DNA of 64,000 nucleotides from Harriotta raleighana (lineage: Eukaryota), in assembly GCA_050575255.1 (NCBI GenBank), contig JBNZDD010013726.1:2735763-2799762 (forward strand), written 5' to 3'. Within the stretch, counting starts at the first letter, position 1; each line of letters begins with the position of its first letter. Shown here piece by piece: positions 1 through 14,870 of the stretch. The translations under genes were made by a program, and so were the position numbers. A model generated the notes under the pieces. It made no database searches. It was not told where the DNA came from and worked only from the letters and a program-made list of their open reading frames with translations.

Positions 1-3
1 ATA

Positions 4-691
4 CAGTAAAACCTTGTTTATCTGGCACCCACGGGACCTGGTGAATGGCGGTTAAATGGTATTCTGGTTAAACTATATGCTGTTTTCTGTTAAATTATTT
101 TAACACAGTAATAACAGATTACCAGCTCCCACCCTGTGCAAGCACAGGAAGCTGCCGTCCGCATGCCACTAACCCTCAGCGAGGGGAAGGCACGGTCGAT
201 TACTGTGAAGCTTTCTTGTGAGGTATTTTGAATTGATTGAATAGGCTGGACTTGCAGAGAGAGAGTGAGAGTACACACACACACACACACACATACATAC
301 ACATGTAAATGTTGAACAATACTATATAAATAATAGACTAAATACACTAATAACAGATACTATACTAACAGAATATTGTATTAGTAGGTTATAATTTCTA
401 CTCAACTTCTGCAATGGCTGCCAAAGGAGGGGGGGAAAAAAAAATCGGGAAAAAGGCATTTTTTTAACAAACAGTAATATCGCGAGTTTTGAAAAAACGT
501 CAGTAGCGCGACGTTAGGCTCAACTAGCGGCTGCTGATATAACTCCAGCAGTACTCGCGTGCGACAATTCATTCATTAAATGCATCTTTACTATTCTGCT
601 GGATAACTCATTGAATGGGGACTTTTGTTTTGAGATAGCGGTTTAACGGGTTTTCCGGTTCATCGAGTCACGGATAAACGAGGTTTTGCTG
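4..691. mobile_element. Non-autonomous Tc1/mariner (Tigger-like) DNA transposon, family A
   Basis: TIRs cagtaaaaccttgtttatc (4-22) / gataaacgaggttttgctg (673-691); TA on the left; no transposase ORF. Confidence 0.8.
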
Positions 692-1285
692 AAAATGCAA
701 TCTAAATAGTTAGGTAGGCCTATAAAACTACAGTATTGGAGGTTTGCGTGCATGCTTCATGAAGTCACCTAAACGCGCAGATTAAATTGCACTTTTATCA
801 CTCTTTCCAAACACCCATAATTTCATATTTATATCTAATATCCCGAAGTTACCAGCAGTCTTCAAAATATTATGCTTTGATGGAAAAATGTTGCATATAA
901 TATTTGCCTCTTTTTACCAGAACTGTAGCTAGGCACCCTGAAAACAGGAGGCAAGAACCAAAGTTAGATGGGTAAAATTAGTTGCACATTTCCCCCCACT
1001 TCTCCTGCCAGGGAGGAAGAGAGAAACCAAAAGCTGTTCTTGCAAATATATGTGAACCTGGAGACAATACAAGAAATTCAAGCAAATAAAAACCACTCAC
1101 CACCAGAAGGTTGATCAATTTTTACTTTAAATTTAACATTTGTTGACTGAGCAATATTAATTGAGTTTTACAATAGCTGTCATCTTTAAATAACTATTGA
1201 CACTTAAGGGTTTCCTCCATTTGGTTGCTTAAAAACATCAAAAGATATTATTACCCTATCAGGTAACAGGTGAGATTCAGTGTTA

Positions 1286-1291
1286 TTTATT
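1286..1291 (-). terminator. Candidate polyadenylation signal AATAAA of PSD (3'UTR about 1265-3532)
   Basis: First minus-strand AATAAA I found downstream of the stop codon; the intervening 2.2 kb lacks the repeats that fill the introns. Confidence 0.5.
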
Positions 1292-3532
1292 TCAAAAAGT
1301 CACAGGGTTTTTTTGTTTGTTCTATGAACATCTCTCTTTGTGGAGTGCAGAGCACAAGTCCTTATCGCAGCAGAGGATGCTTTACCAACGGTTTTGCTTC
1401 AGAGGAAAGCTCCTATACATTTCCCGAAAGACATGCAACATTAACTCAACTTCTCGACCAGTGTGACATTTCCATTTTCCATTCTGTGGGAGCGACTGTT
1501 GATTTATCAGTTTGTGCTGTGAACCTGTGCCCAAGGAAACTCGATTGAATATATCCTAAATTCAGAAAAACTCCCTCCGGCGAGCAGGCAGATGAGATTC
1601 CATCCCGTCAGTCTAGATGAATCAGAGAGGAAAGAGTAGCTGCATAACTCACCATATAACCTGATGCCCAACAATGAGAGCAAGTCTTTGGCTCTGTCCA
1701 GCGTGAATTTCACTCCAATCCCAGAAGTGAAATGCCAATGTCACTCAGTCCCAGTCAACACATCTTTCCCATTGGCAGAGCCCAAAACAAGACCCTGCAT
1801 TGATGTTTGGCAATAAAGTGGCTGATTACTTAAAATGGAGAGTTTCTGTCATCTGATTCTCGAGATAACTGCTGAACACTTTCTTCTCAGCACACAAGGT
1901 TTCGCTTCAGTCGTACTTTCTAGTTGAATAAAATTACGGAGTCATGAGTTTGATTTTCATTTGGCACTTAATCACCGAGTCAAATGTTCAACCTCTTGCC
2001 AGTTTGTCATTTTAACGCCATAGTCATGACACATGCATTAAAAAGAACTAAGAAACGGTGCTGTTCAGCATGGAAATGTCACGAAAACTAAAGTTTAATG
2101 TGCTTCTGTGAGCAAATAAATTTCATCCAGGGGCCAACTTCAACACAATACAAATCTCACAGAAATGAGATTTTCTATGAAGGCTTTCGTAGGATGGTTA
2201 GCAGTAATAGAAACATTTCTTTTTTGTACAAGCAGAAAACTGTAAACGGACCAGTTAATGTCACACCGTGCCCGTTGTATAAGAACACAGTGATGGAATA
2301 GGCACCACTGCATCCGTGGGGATCACTTGAATTGATGACAGAGGAACTGAAGGGGTTATTACAATAGTCAGCTAAACTGTTGGGAGATATTTTAGAAATC
2401 ATCATACATTTTAGTGAAGGTACGTGAGATCCAAAGATTTTCTGCTCTACCAAAAGACTACCAGCAGCAATGGGGATAGGCAACACTTATTTCAAGATGC
2501 TACTGGCCCCTCTCTATAGAATTCATACCACTGTGTTGTACAGATATTATCTAAAAATGCACCTCTTCATTACATAAAAAGCTAAAAGGACTGAACTGCC
2601 ATTGCCGAGGATACAGGCTATGAACCTAACTAAACAGAACAGAAGTCTCATGTAATCCAAATTATTCTGTAACTACTGTTTAAATACTGCCATTAATCAT
2701 CCTGTTTTATAAAAGACGCATTTAGGTTGACTCTATGCCTCTACGTCATAATAATTTAACATTTAGGGGAAAAAATGCAGGTTCTAGGAGCAAGAGAAAG
2801 GGGGAGGAAAACAAAAGCAAAACACAACATAAATAGATGATTACTTTCCACCACAAGACTATTGATTGAATCTTCACTCATATCAGTGCGATTCTCAGTA
2901 GTTAGTACATGGGAGAACAAGCGGTTGAAGCTCAATTTGTCACTTCTGATGCAATATCCAAGAAGCATTGCAAAGGCAAGTCCCACCAAAAACTAAAGTT
3001 GTAGCTGCCCCAACAAAGCTTAGCAGTGAACATGTGAGTCTGTCTCAGTGCTATGTTAGAGACAGAATCTATCATCAAGCCAACAGAAATACACGATGCA
3101 GCTACATGATGTGGCTCAGCCTTTTCACAGCAGCAGCACTCACAGAGCTGTAAACAGAACAGCTATACCATTCCAAAAAGTTTTGATGAGGGATCGTAAA
3201 TAAAACTTTAATTGGTCGAAGCCTTCTCCTAGGCCTCAGCATGAGCATCAGTAGTCTTCATATCCACAGCAGCTGATTGTGTTCCAGAGGCCTATCATTG
3301 AATTGTTTGAACCAGGGCTTCCCTTCCATCACAGTGTCCTGGTCTTGGTATCTGTCCATACACATCCGCCTCAAGAGAAAACCTCAACTGTCATTCACTG
3401 AGCAGGCCGTGAACCACACAAGTTCCAACTGACATGAGCAGCTACCATTGGCACTATTCTAAATTCATAAGTTCTATCCGAATGTTACAAACTAGCTAGC
3501 GAGCCTTGATACAAAGCTCCACTAACAATGCA

Positions 3533-3775
3533 TTATAACTTGTGCTTGGTGCTGATGGCCTGTCGATAGCTTCTGCGCTCAGAGGTGTTTCTTTTGACCC
3601 TGATGGTGATGATCGGCTGCTCTGGGTTCAGAGATGGGCTTGAGCGAGATTTCTTCAAGCCGTTCCCTTCACTCTCCACAGTATCAAACAGGATAGCCTC
3701 AAACTTGTCCAAGTCGTCTGTTCCAGCTTTCAGCTTTGCACAGAGAAGCAGCACATATGTACTGAATCTTACTTT
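3533..3775 (-). CDS. PSD: PSD last coding exon (KVRFSTYVLLLCAKLKAG...STKHKL*)
   Basis: caacag acceptor, 80 codons then TAA at 3535-3533. Confidence 0.96.
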   Translation of the reverse strand, partial: KVRFSTYVLLLCAKLKAGTDDLDKFEAILFDTVESEGNGLKKSRSSPSLNPEQPIITIRVKRNTSERRSYRQAISTKHKL

Positions 3776-4204
3776 CTGTTGAAGAGGAACAAAAAAACGT
3801 TTAAAATGCAGTAAAAACTTACAACATACAGATCAAGCAAGATAAATTGATACCTAATGTAAGAAACATCCCATCAGACTCATTATTTAATCCCTGCATG
3901 TGTCAGAGCCTCACTGAGTAACATTTACAGTCTCTGAAGTCCCAGTAGGTCAACTTTGTTCATCAATAGAGATAGATCTTTATACAGAATCCAATGCCTG
4001 GGCTATTTAAACAGGACACAACAGATTCTAGATAATGTGTTTAGTTATTAGTTGAATGCAAAGTAAACTAGCTGTGCCATCAAAAAATATGAGTTTACCC
4101 ATTACCATACTATTAAATAATTATTTAAATGGAAGCTCTAATTATCAGGCTTTCATTGCATCATGAATTCTTTCTGACAAGACATGTGTGATTAGTGAAT
4201 TCAC

Positions 4205-4348
4205 CTCAAACTCCAGGTAGTCTTTTTTCTGCCTGTATTCTTCCAGTTCTTTGCCCTTCACCTTCTTGTCAGGGGGATATGAGTTATGCTCAGCAAGGTC
4301 CACAGTCATCGATTTCAATCTGGCTTCATGAACCTTCACCTGTTCTTC
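4205..4348 (-). CDS. PSD: PSD coding exon 15, coiled coil (EEQVKVHEARLK...KDYLEFE)
   Basis: tttttcag acceptor, GAG|gtgaat donor, 144 nt. Confidence 0.96.
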
Positions 4349-4979
4349 CTGAAAAAATACAAACATGAAAATAAGGTACTTGTTTAGGCCCCCCATTGCA
4401 GCACGCTGAAGAAATACATCAAAAGTCTGGCTTCCCTTTGGTTCAAAAGGCATGAAGCATCCTTGTAATGTAATGTTTTAGCCAGCAGAAGGTGGTGTTG
4501 CGTTGTTAATGTCCGAGGAGCAAATATTGATAAAGTGTTTTATCACACCATTGAGACGTTTGATAGCGCTTCACAGAATATGCGGTAAAGTGTAGTGACT
4601 GTATATTTTGTAGGCGAATTGTGGCAGCCAATTGCACGCAGTAAAAATTCACCATTTAATATCATGAGCGATTATTACACCAGCAAATGGTTTCAGAGGA
4701 ACTTGAGTAGATGATACATGAGTAATGAATACAAGTCAACAAAAACAGACATTACCCAATGACAAACATGAGTATACAGCTGAGCAGTAGCTATAACAGG
4801 ATAACTAGAGAACAAAATCTAAATTGCTACATTCACTAAAGGATTCAAACAAAATTCATTAAGATGAAATTCTGCATAGGATCATGGGAAAACAAGATGA
4901 CAAGAGAAGGAGGCTCATCAGTTTATGTGATCCCATGTTTCCAGAAAACATTCCCTACCATCCTCCCAATGCTGCGTTA

Positions 4980-5645
<666 letters not shown>

Positions 5646-6552
5646 TGAATGAGTAAAAATGAGTAACATCAAAAAGGAGCATTTCTAAATGACAAACACA
5701 CTGACAAAAATATAACAAAGCACAGGCTCAGGAAGCAGCGTCCCATTGATTACATGATTAAATAACACACCCTGGCTGCACCTCAGAATAGTGACAGGAG
5801 TAATGCCTCCCAGTAATTGGCAATGGTCTTAAAAAGGGACGGTGCGATTGTTCTGGAGTTTGTTTCCTTGGACAAATGTAAGGATCAGAATTTGCAGAAC
5901 CATGTGCTTGGAATCTTGGTGAAGTGTCAGAAAGACACCACGGCACGAGTCGCTGTGCGTGCACAACTTGACATTTGTCCATAAAAAAAGGTGATGCTAA
6001 TCTGAATCTATTTAGGTTTTAATCCTTCAACTCCTTGAATCCAGTACTTGATTCCCAAAACCAGTTCCTGATTTCATATGATAATTACAGGCTACACATT
6101 GGGGGCAGTTCTAAAATCAGGGGAAACCCAGTCATGCTTTCCAAAGTTGGCAATAGACAAACAAAATAAATGTTTCGTTTCCTGTTTAATGGATGGACAT
6201 CTGGCTGCAGTGTAACCTAAATGTTTAAGGCTCTGCATTATACCCTCCTGAATGGCTGCTAGTTCATGCCACTGACAAGTTTGCTCCAATGTAATCCTGT
6301 GATTTCTTATAGATTTTTGCAAATTTCTTATATTTAGCTGATATTTATAGCAATGTTTTATTTTTGACAAGATGGTTGAAAATGATCTGAATTAATTTCA
6401 CACCTGCAGCAAACACAAGACCAACACACAGGATTTCAACAAAGTATTTTTCAAGCCAACAAAGGCGGAATTTGATCATACTTGTGCCCCTAAATGATGT
6501 CCCGAGAAACCAAATTGCTAATAATTTGGAGACTACCAGGAATGGTCACTTA

Positions 6553-6732
<180 letters not shown>

Positions 6733-7467
6733 TTAATGAACGCCTTGAAAATTTAACACTGAAATGTTAAAAAGGCAGAAGCTTCTGCTATTCTATATGA
6801 CTGCACTAACAGAGTGATAATATATTGGTTTACACCTTTAAAGTCTCCTCCAAACTAATTTCCATCTCAGTAACATTGTTAGAGGGAAATTCCCAGTGGA
6901 GTTAATATGCAACTAAGGGATGCGAAGAATCAATGACCCCAGCTTGTATTTTCACTAACTTGGCTGGAATAGGATTGGGAGGAATATGATGCAATTGAGC
7001 ATTTAAATACCTGCTCAGTATAAGATCGTGAACTGATCGATCATTTATCAGAGGAGTTTTTCCAAAACTAAGTTTGCGTCCATGAATCCTTATACAATGA
7101 GGTCCCAATCTTAGTCTTGAGCCTTGGGCAACATGCCTTGCAAAGGTCTTGCCATTAATATTGGCACCAGTCTGGACTATTAATAACAATGTTTGCATTT
7201 GACATAGCACCTTATCACATATTTGAGACATCTTAAAGCTCTTCACAGAATATACTGCAAATTGAATTAATTCACTGTTTATTTTGTGGGCAATCATCTT
7301 TCTCACATTTCACCTGGAACTAGGTATGTAGAACAAATCCTTGCTTAGAAATATGATCTCATTAATCTGCTGTCTTAAAAATTACTCTGTTTGGCCACAA
7401 TGACGGCGAAGCAATAACAACAACAACTTGCGTTTATGTAGCACCCTTCACACTGGATGATGTCTCA

Positions 7468-7638
<171 letters not shown>

Positions 7639-8260
7639 TCATGGACAAAATAATAGTCACCAATAGTCACCAACCTGAATTAGGTTTTAACTTCACTAGG
7701 TCATTGGCCCCCACAAAAAACTAAAAGATTTTAGAAGTACATTAAAATCTGAAGGAAAACAAAACAATTTAATACATATTTAAAAGAATTGAATATTGAA
7801 GGATTTAAGAAGGGACCAGAACATTTGGATTTGAGTCGTTATCTTCAGTTAAATACCTGGCACAAACATAGACTCAATGGGCTGAATGGTCTCTTTCTGG
7901 GCTAAAATTTATGTTATTCTATTGATCTATAATATTTACTAGATTTATTCAATCAACATAGCATTTTAGAATCTTCAGAATTTGGTTAATTATTGAATTC
8001 GGTCTTTACTTTGAAGCTATTTTACTGAAGTTCTTAAGAGAAGTTTGCGAAAATTGGCTTCGAAATTAGGGACGTAATTAAGAATTTTTACCATTCTAGT
8101 TGCGCTGAAATGCTGGGTTATAAAACAGTAAATGTGGACCACAGTGCGATTTCTTCCCATGGATATTTTCTACTTTAACATTATAATCAGAAGATGCATT
8201 GTTCATTTTCATTCAATTCTGAAAATACTCAACAAGACAGTTAATGAATCAAGCACTCAC

Positions 8261-8451
8261 TCTTCTTCCCATCAGAATCCGCATGCACCTTGCGCACCAG
8301 AAAGCCATGTTTGTATGTGGCTGCGTTAGGATCCTGCATGATATCGAGGAAGGGATTGCTGCCACCGCTGATCCTTTTCATTGCTTTTAAGGTGGGATCT
8401 GTCCTGTCATCTGCCAGCTCAGACAAGGACTTCCGTAATTCTTCCTCATTA
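8261..8451 (-). CDS. PSD: PSD coding exon 11, start of PH (NEEELRKSLSEL...YKHGFLVRKVHADSDGKK)
   Basis: catgcag acceptor, A|gtgagt donor, 191 nt, phase 2->1. Confidence 0.96.
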
Positions 8452-11400
8452 CTGCATGGGAAGAAAAATATTTTGTCGACGTGAGTAACATCATCAATTG
8501 TTCAATAGTTATAAGAACCATTTAAGATAAGAAAAGATGGTGCCAATGTGTGATCTCTTCTATGCAAGATAGGGTTACTATGTATTTCTTGCCAGAGTTC
8601 AAGATGATAATCGGACCTTTGTTAATGCTGATCTTGAACTGGCCACCCACCAATCCTCCCAACCACCCTACTCCACAGAATGACTTGAACTAAAGCAACA
8701 TAAATGCAATTGTTTATGGGGAGCAGACACATTTATTTATTTATTTGACCAAGACCAGTTTTGGGAACCTTTTATACTTCATTCTGAGTAACTACACAAC
8801 ACATACCAAACGTGATCAGATGATCTTCTGTGTTTGGCCTATTGATTGGTTCAAGGGACACCTTTGGAACCAGTAATAGGCTAATTAAACTATTTATTAT
8901 CTAAAATTCTTCTAAACTCCAAAAGGATGGTCACAGCCAGAGGAAGAAAACAGTCGAGAAAATATGAACTCAGCTGTTGACGCTACTGAGTATTAGGTCA
9001 GTATATTCGACAACAAGGTTTACTGGAGCTTTCATATTTTGGCTTGAGATTAGTGCTTGAACTTACTGGACATGTGGCACCAGGCTGGGCTTGTCGCGAT
9101 GCTCATTCTTACTTGGGTGAGAAAAGTTTTGCTCATAGTCACAGCAGTCACAGCTGTAATAAGCCTCCCAGCAGGTAATCATAGATATGTGAAAAGAACT
9201 ATCACATGGGAACTAGCTGTGAGATCAATGCAATTAACAGTATCTAATTTTAATCTAATTTAAAATAAGTGCTTTTCTAACCTTTGAAGATACAGATTTC
9301 TATTTCAGCACCAGCTGAAGTTTTTTTAAGAAAAAAAACAGAAAACTCACTGAATGGCTGATTAACTTTCCAATTATGTTACATAAAAGCATAGTTTCTG
9401 TCAGTTAGATTGTGTTTGACATTATATAATTGCATAACTATTAGGCGTCTACAATTAAAAACTTCATGAGGATGTGCTAACCACCCACACATTTGATATA
9501 GCGCTTTGCAAATCAGTACATCTCAATGCGCTTCATAAGATTTACTGCAAAGTGTAGTGACTGTATTTTTGTAAGCTAATGCCTAGCCTCAGATAGCCAA
9601 ATTTCAAACTAAGATTCCTAATTAATACCATCCATTTCCACATAATAGTAATCCTTGCAGTTGGTGGGGCACCTTTCACATCAAGAGGATGTCACCAAAC
9701 ACCTCACAGGATATCCTGTAAAGTGCTGTGGGTCAACAGCCAGAAAAAGACTGCTTCATTATAATTAGGAGAGAATACAGGGTGTTGGGACTGAATTCTG
9801 TAACACACCATTATATCAATCATTACCGTAATCTTTATTTGAACATGCAAGCAAATAAACTGTCCTCCAATGACAGAACACCATATTTTTCTGTACAGAC
9901 TTGCCCAAACAGATTATCTGGGCAAATCTCCTCATTGACTATTCTGCACCAAATCCCAATCAAATGGGTCTCCTCAAAGACAGCCAGCTATCCATCTAGT
10001 GAGTCAAAAGTCAGTACCCTCAAAAAACATATTATGCTATATTGATATACAGTATTGATAGTTTTACATAACAACTTGCACTTATATANATCTGCACCAA
10101 ATCCCAATCAAATGGGTCTCCTCAAAGGCATCTAGTGAGTCAAAAGTCAGTACCCTCAAAAAACATATTGATATACAGTATTGATAGTTTTACATAACAA
10201 CTTGCACTTATATATCACCCTCCATGCCCCTGACTTTATGAGACAATTGTCATTAAATTTTTAGGTCTCACGCAAAGGTGTTGAAACTATCACTTTTTAT
10301 CCCAGTAATAAAGCTACTCAAATGTCAGACATAGCTCTGAACAACATTAACCTTTTGCTGATAAAATACATTTCTGTCAATTTGGGATGCAAGTACAGTA
10401 GAAGGTTAAATATTCAGTTTCACATTGTCTTTCTCTGCTTTTTGGTTCCTTTATGTCATTTCCTCTTTTGCATATATTCTAAATTTCACTTTACACAGCT
10501 TTTGTTTTAGTTTAGTTTATTTTCATTCTGCATTCAATTTCTCTCTAGATTTATCTGAGAATCAAGTCTATTTGAACCAGTTCCCGATACATTTACAGAG
10601 GCTCCAATATCAGGTTTGAGACCAATTAGGATGATGTTTAGAATTTGAATTGGTCAAACTATTGAAGGGACCAGATCAAACTATTACAGCACCTTAATCA
10701 TGCCAATGTTTGATAATACTGTACTTGGAATCTGCCAAGCCATGAGATTAAAGTAGTTATCTTGCTGAAAGTCCCTCTTGGGACTAATCAGCTCTCAGTA
10801 AAAAATTCAACCCTTGCTTTTTCTTGTGGTGTTTGGGGCAGAAGGAACAGGGACTAGAACAGGAATTAAAATTGATCTGAGTCATAACAAAGAAAGCAAA
10901 TAATATCTAGTAAACAAGCTATCCTAGCTTTGCATTTGGCTCACTAACACTACTTTAGAGACTCCATCTTATTCCGTTACGTGCACTGGTAATTAGAATT
11001 TCCACTTTAAAATGAAAACAATCTACGTCCTCCATCTCCCGCAGGTTATGAGTGTTGACTTAATACCCAATACACATTCCACTGAGTGTTTCGCGGCACA
11101 TCTGCTTCTGTAATTGTGCACAGGAGAAGATGTGTAATTGCACCATGAAGTGTTATTCAGCCAAGAGAAAACAGACCGCGGCTGGAATGCTATCAGCTAT
11201 TATTTTGGCAGCGAAGAACTACTGCTAACATAATCATCAGCATAATAAGCAGCCATGCTGTGACTGATGCCATTGCCTCGATAAAGCCATTCCTGAGTAT
11301 AGTTTTCCACTCTTAATGCTCTTGTCTCAGCGGCTGTTAATCAGTCTGCAGCATTCAGCTCAGTCACCTTGACATTACAAGCTACATGTCTAGGTGTGAT

Positions 11401-13269
11401 GTCGCTACACTTCATGACCAAAAATGAGAATCTTGAGTTTTCACTTATGTACACAATAATAGGCATTAATGTTTCTTGGATATGGCACATTCACCAGTGT
11501 GCCATACAAGGATGAAACAGGCCCATCATAAGCAGTGATTCTTGGGTTGTTCGAGGAGTCTTTATTTGGAGAGGATTGGTGCTCTCCTACTGAAGTATGT
11601 TATGTGTTGTGAAATGGAACACTTTCCAAGACAGAGAAAACCTTCCCGTTTCGGTGTGTTTCATTTTTCTTGTAAATCGGTGAATGCAGCCTTTCTGACT
11701 CCCTTCGTAACATACCTGCTTCGATTTATTTTGGTGGATTTCCAAATTTACATCACTGCAATTTTGATTCGCCCTGGAAAATATCATTGTCAACGGCCGA
11801 CCTTGAAAATCCTGCCAGATAATTAAGCATTAACAGCCACCGAGACCAGTGGATATTTGTCATAAGAAGGAGAATGAAGGTTAATGAAATTATTGATATT
11901 TTAAAGGGTAATTTTGAAGGGAAGGTTTACAGTTCCTTGACAATGATAAGGGGGATCAGGATTCAGAATGGTCTCCACATGTCACTACAACAGATGCATG
12001 GAATTCGCTGATTTCGTAGTGAAATATGATTGACCAAAATCTTAGGTATTTTAGGTAAAATAAAAACAGTCAAGAGCCAAAGTTTCTGGTTTACAAATGA
12101 TCGAGAATCAAAACTGGAAACCTAATCTAACAGGCGATTTATTATCCAATTTGTTTAACGTGCTCATTTCCCTATAACGATGATAAAGCAGAGTGACTTA
12201 GCGCCAATAACACAAACTTGCATTTAAAATGGGAAACGAGGGGATGAGTCAAAAAGGGTTGAGGGAGAGAGTTCCAAAGTTTGGGAGCATAGTGGCTGAA
12301 AGCACGGTCGCCGATGGTGAATTTTGTGGATTGATGAGGGCACTGGGGTAGACCACACGAGAGGTGACCATACTGTGATGCCTACATATTCACATGCACC
12401 ATGATTNTGGAGGAGGGAAGACCAGCGATGAGGGCACTGGGGTAGACCATACGAGAGGTGACCATACTGTGATGCCTACATATTCACATGCACCATGATT
12501 GAAGGCACAGTTGAGCTCCACTTCATTTAAAGGTCAATATATAAAATGGATGGGACCTCATTCACCAATCAATATTGTCGTACTCATAACTACAATTTAG
12601 AGCTCACAGCTCATGAATGCAACAACCTTTACTCACCAGCAACAAACAACATTATTCAACAAAACTTCAAGTGAAGCCCATCGGCAGCAATCAAAGCGTT
12701 TCCCTCCCCCTCCAAAACTAAAGTGTTCAAAACTTAAGCGTTTCATTCACAAATAACTGGTTATGAACATGATTAGACTGCTAGCTGTAGGTGTACTCCC
12801 CTGATCATAATGATTCTACACAGCTACAATGTACAAATGCTATCCGTGAGGAACAGAACAGAGTGGAGTTGTGGAGAGGCAAAGATGAATGAAAATCTGG
12901 GGGTTTTGCTCAATGACCTTTGGAGAATCAGAAGCATTTNTGTTTCATTCACAAATAACCAAATAACTGGTTATGAACATGATTAGACTGCTAGCTGTAG
13001 GTGTACTCCCCTGATCATAATGATTCTACACAGCTACAATGTACAAATGCTATCCGTGAGGAACAGAACAGAGTGGAGTTGTGGAGAGGCAAAGATGAAT
13101 GAAAATCTGGGGGTTTTGCTCAATGACCTTTGGAGAATCAGAAGCATTTGTGCAGAACAATCCCTCATAGGATCATGTAAAATGAGAAAGACTATGGTAG
13201 GATAAAAAAGAACGTATGTTTTTATAGCTCCACTCTCCCCAGCACTTTTGTTTTACAACATGAACACCT

Positions 13270-13480
13270 CTTTAAACCTACATCTCCTGTCCTCTGCCCC
13301 ATTCTCTCATTCATCTTCCTTGCCCTGCTTCCCCTCTCTGTTAGTTCTTAAAAGCCTCTCCCTTCCAACATGCCCCAGTTCTGACAAAGGACCATGGACC
13401 TGAAACCGTAACTTACTTTCCTTTTTCCATAGATGCTGCCTGACCTGCTGAGTTCCCAGCGATTACTGTTTTTGTTTTAT
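13270..13480 (+). mobile_element. Penelope-like element remnant with decayed minimal hammerhead motif
   Basis: agttCTGACAAaggaccatggacctGAAAccgtaact followed by catagatgctgcctgacctgctgag; a second copy at 16746-16870 and a reverse fragment at about 27541-27590. Confidence 0.62.
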
Positions 13481-14629
13481 ATTGTTATAGGGCTTATTCA
13501 TATAAGAATATCACTGAGAGCCAGCAGTCAATCAGTTTAATTAATCAAGTGACTATATGATTGACTTTTTTTCATTGCAATGTTTATAGAAAATATACAA
13601 ATCACATTTTGCAGAGTATGTTCCCTGCTGGGTAGTATTCTCTGATAGAACAAACTTTTCATGCAGTGCCAGGGCATTCATCATATATTGCTTGCTTTCA
13701 AACTATAACCAATACTTCCTGAATCTGATTCAAATAATGTGCGAATCATTTCCGATTCTTAAGTCTTGCTTGCACCTGCTTTCCCACAGACAACCTATAC
13801 AGCCCATCCCCAGCCATGTGGGAGGAACCAGCATCAAACAAAATAGTATCTGGACTCAACACTTGATAAAAGGGCTGGAACTCAATGTCATGTTTTCAAG
13901 GCGAATAGAGTGAACTGAGTTATTAATTGCATTTTTTTTTTCCAATTGTCAGTTCAAGAGCAATCGCCTTCCTGAAATGCGTGAAATGCCCTATACAAAT
14001 CTATTTTGTTGTAGTTGGTTTAGTAATTTCACTGATATTTATGCAAGAGAAAATAAATTGTGTAAAATACTTCATTTAAATTTGTTTTCAGACATTACTT
14101 AAGAGGTGAAGTTCTTGACCTATTTTGCAATAACAAAAATCCATTTAATTAGTATTGCATTTCTAAATTGACCCTATTATTTGAAGCTATTAAATCTGTT
14201 AACAATTCCAAGATTGGGAGGGAGGCCCAGGACAATTACAAAAGAATCTGGTTCTTTTTGCTTGCTTTAATCTGATATGTGCACTCCAAAAAATAATGGA
14301 TATAAAATGAATGAGGGGCCCAGATGTGGATTAGTAAGTGGCTAAAGGGAAGAAAAGCAGTTAGGTCAAAATAAAAATGAGGAGGTACCCACTAAGGGAA
14401 TTCTCTCAGNGAGGTACCCTAAGGGAATTCTCTCAGGGCAAGGGAGACAGGGGGAGGAGGCTGTGAAATTAGAAAAGGCAGTTAAGATCCATCACAGGTT
14501 ATGAATTTAGCTGTCCAGTGCTCTCCTCTGGGTAATGAGTCACAAGGATGACAATGTATAGTTTTGGATTATGTGATATATATATGGTATTCAGCTATTA
14601 TCACTGTTATATATAATAAAGCTGTGTCA

Positions 14630-14870
14630 GCCTCGCCTCTGAATCAGAAGGTTATGGGTTCAAGTCCCATGTTGGGATTTGGAATCACATAGTCTAAGAT
14701 GACACTCTGATCCAGTGCTGGGGGGTGGGTTGGGGGGCGGGGATGTGGAGGAGTGGGTAATGTATTTTTAGAGGTGCTGTCCGTTGGATGAGATATTAAA
14801 CTAAGAGCCTGTTTGACAGTGCAGGTGGATGTTAAACATTCCATGGCAAAATTCAAAAAGAGAAGGGAAT
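14630..14870 (+). mobile_element. Deu-domain SINE (AmnSINE1/SacSINE1-like)
   Basis: ctcgcctctgaatcagaaggttatgggttcaagtccc head, plus gaggtgctgtccgttggatgagatattaaac...caggtggatgttaaacattccatggc resembling the Deu domain. Related copies at about 23460-23620(-), 33345-33560(+), 49840-50110(-), 62900-63000(-), 63480-63820(-). Confidence 0.68.
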
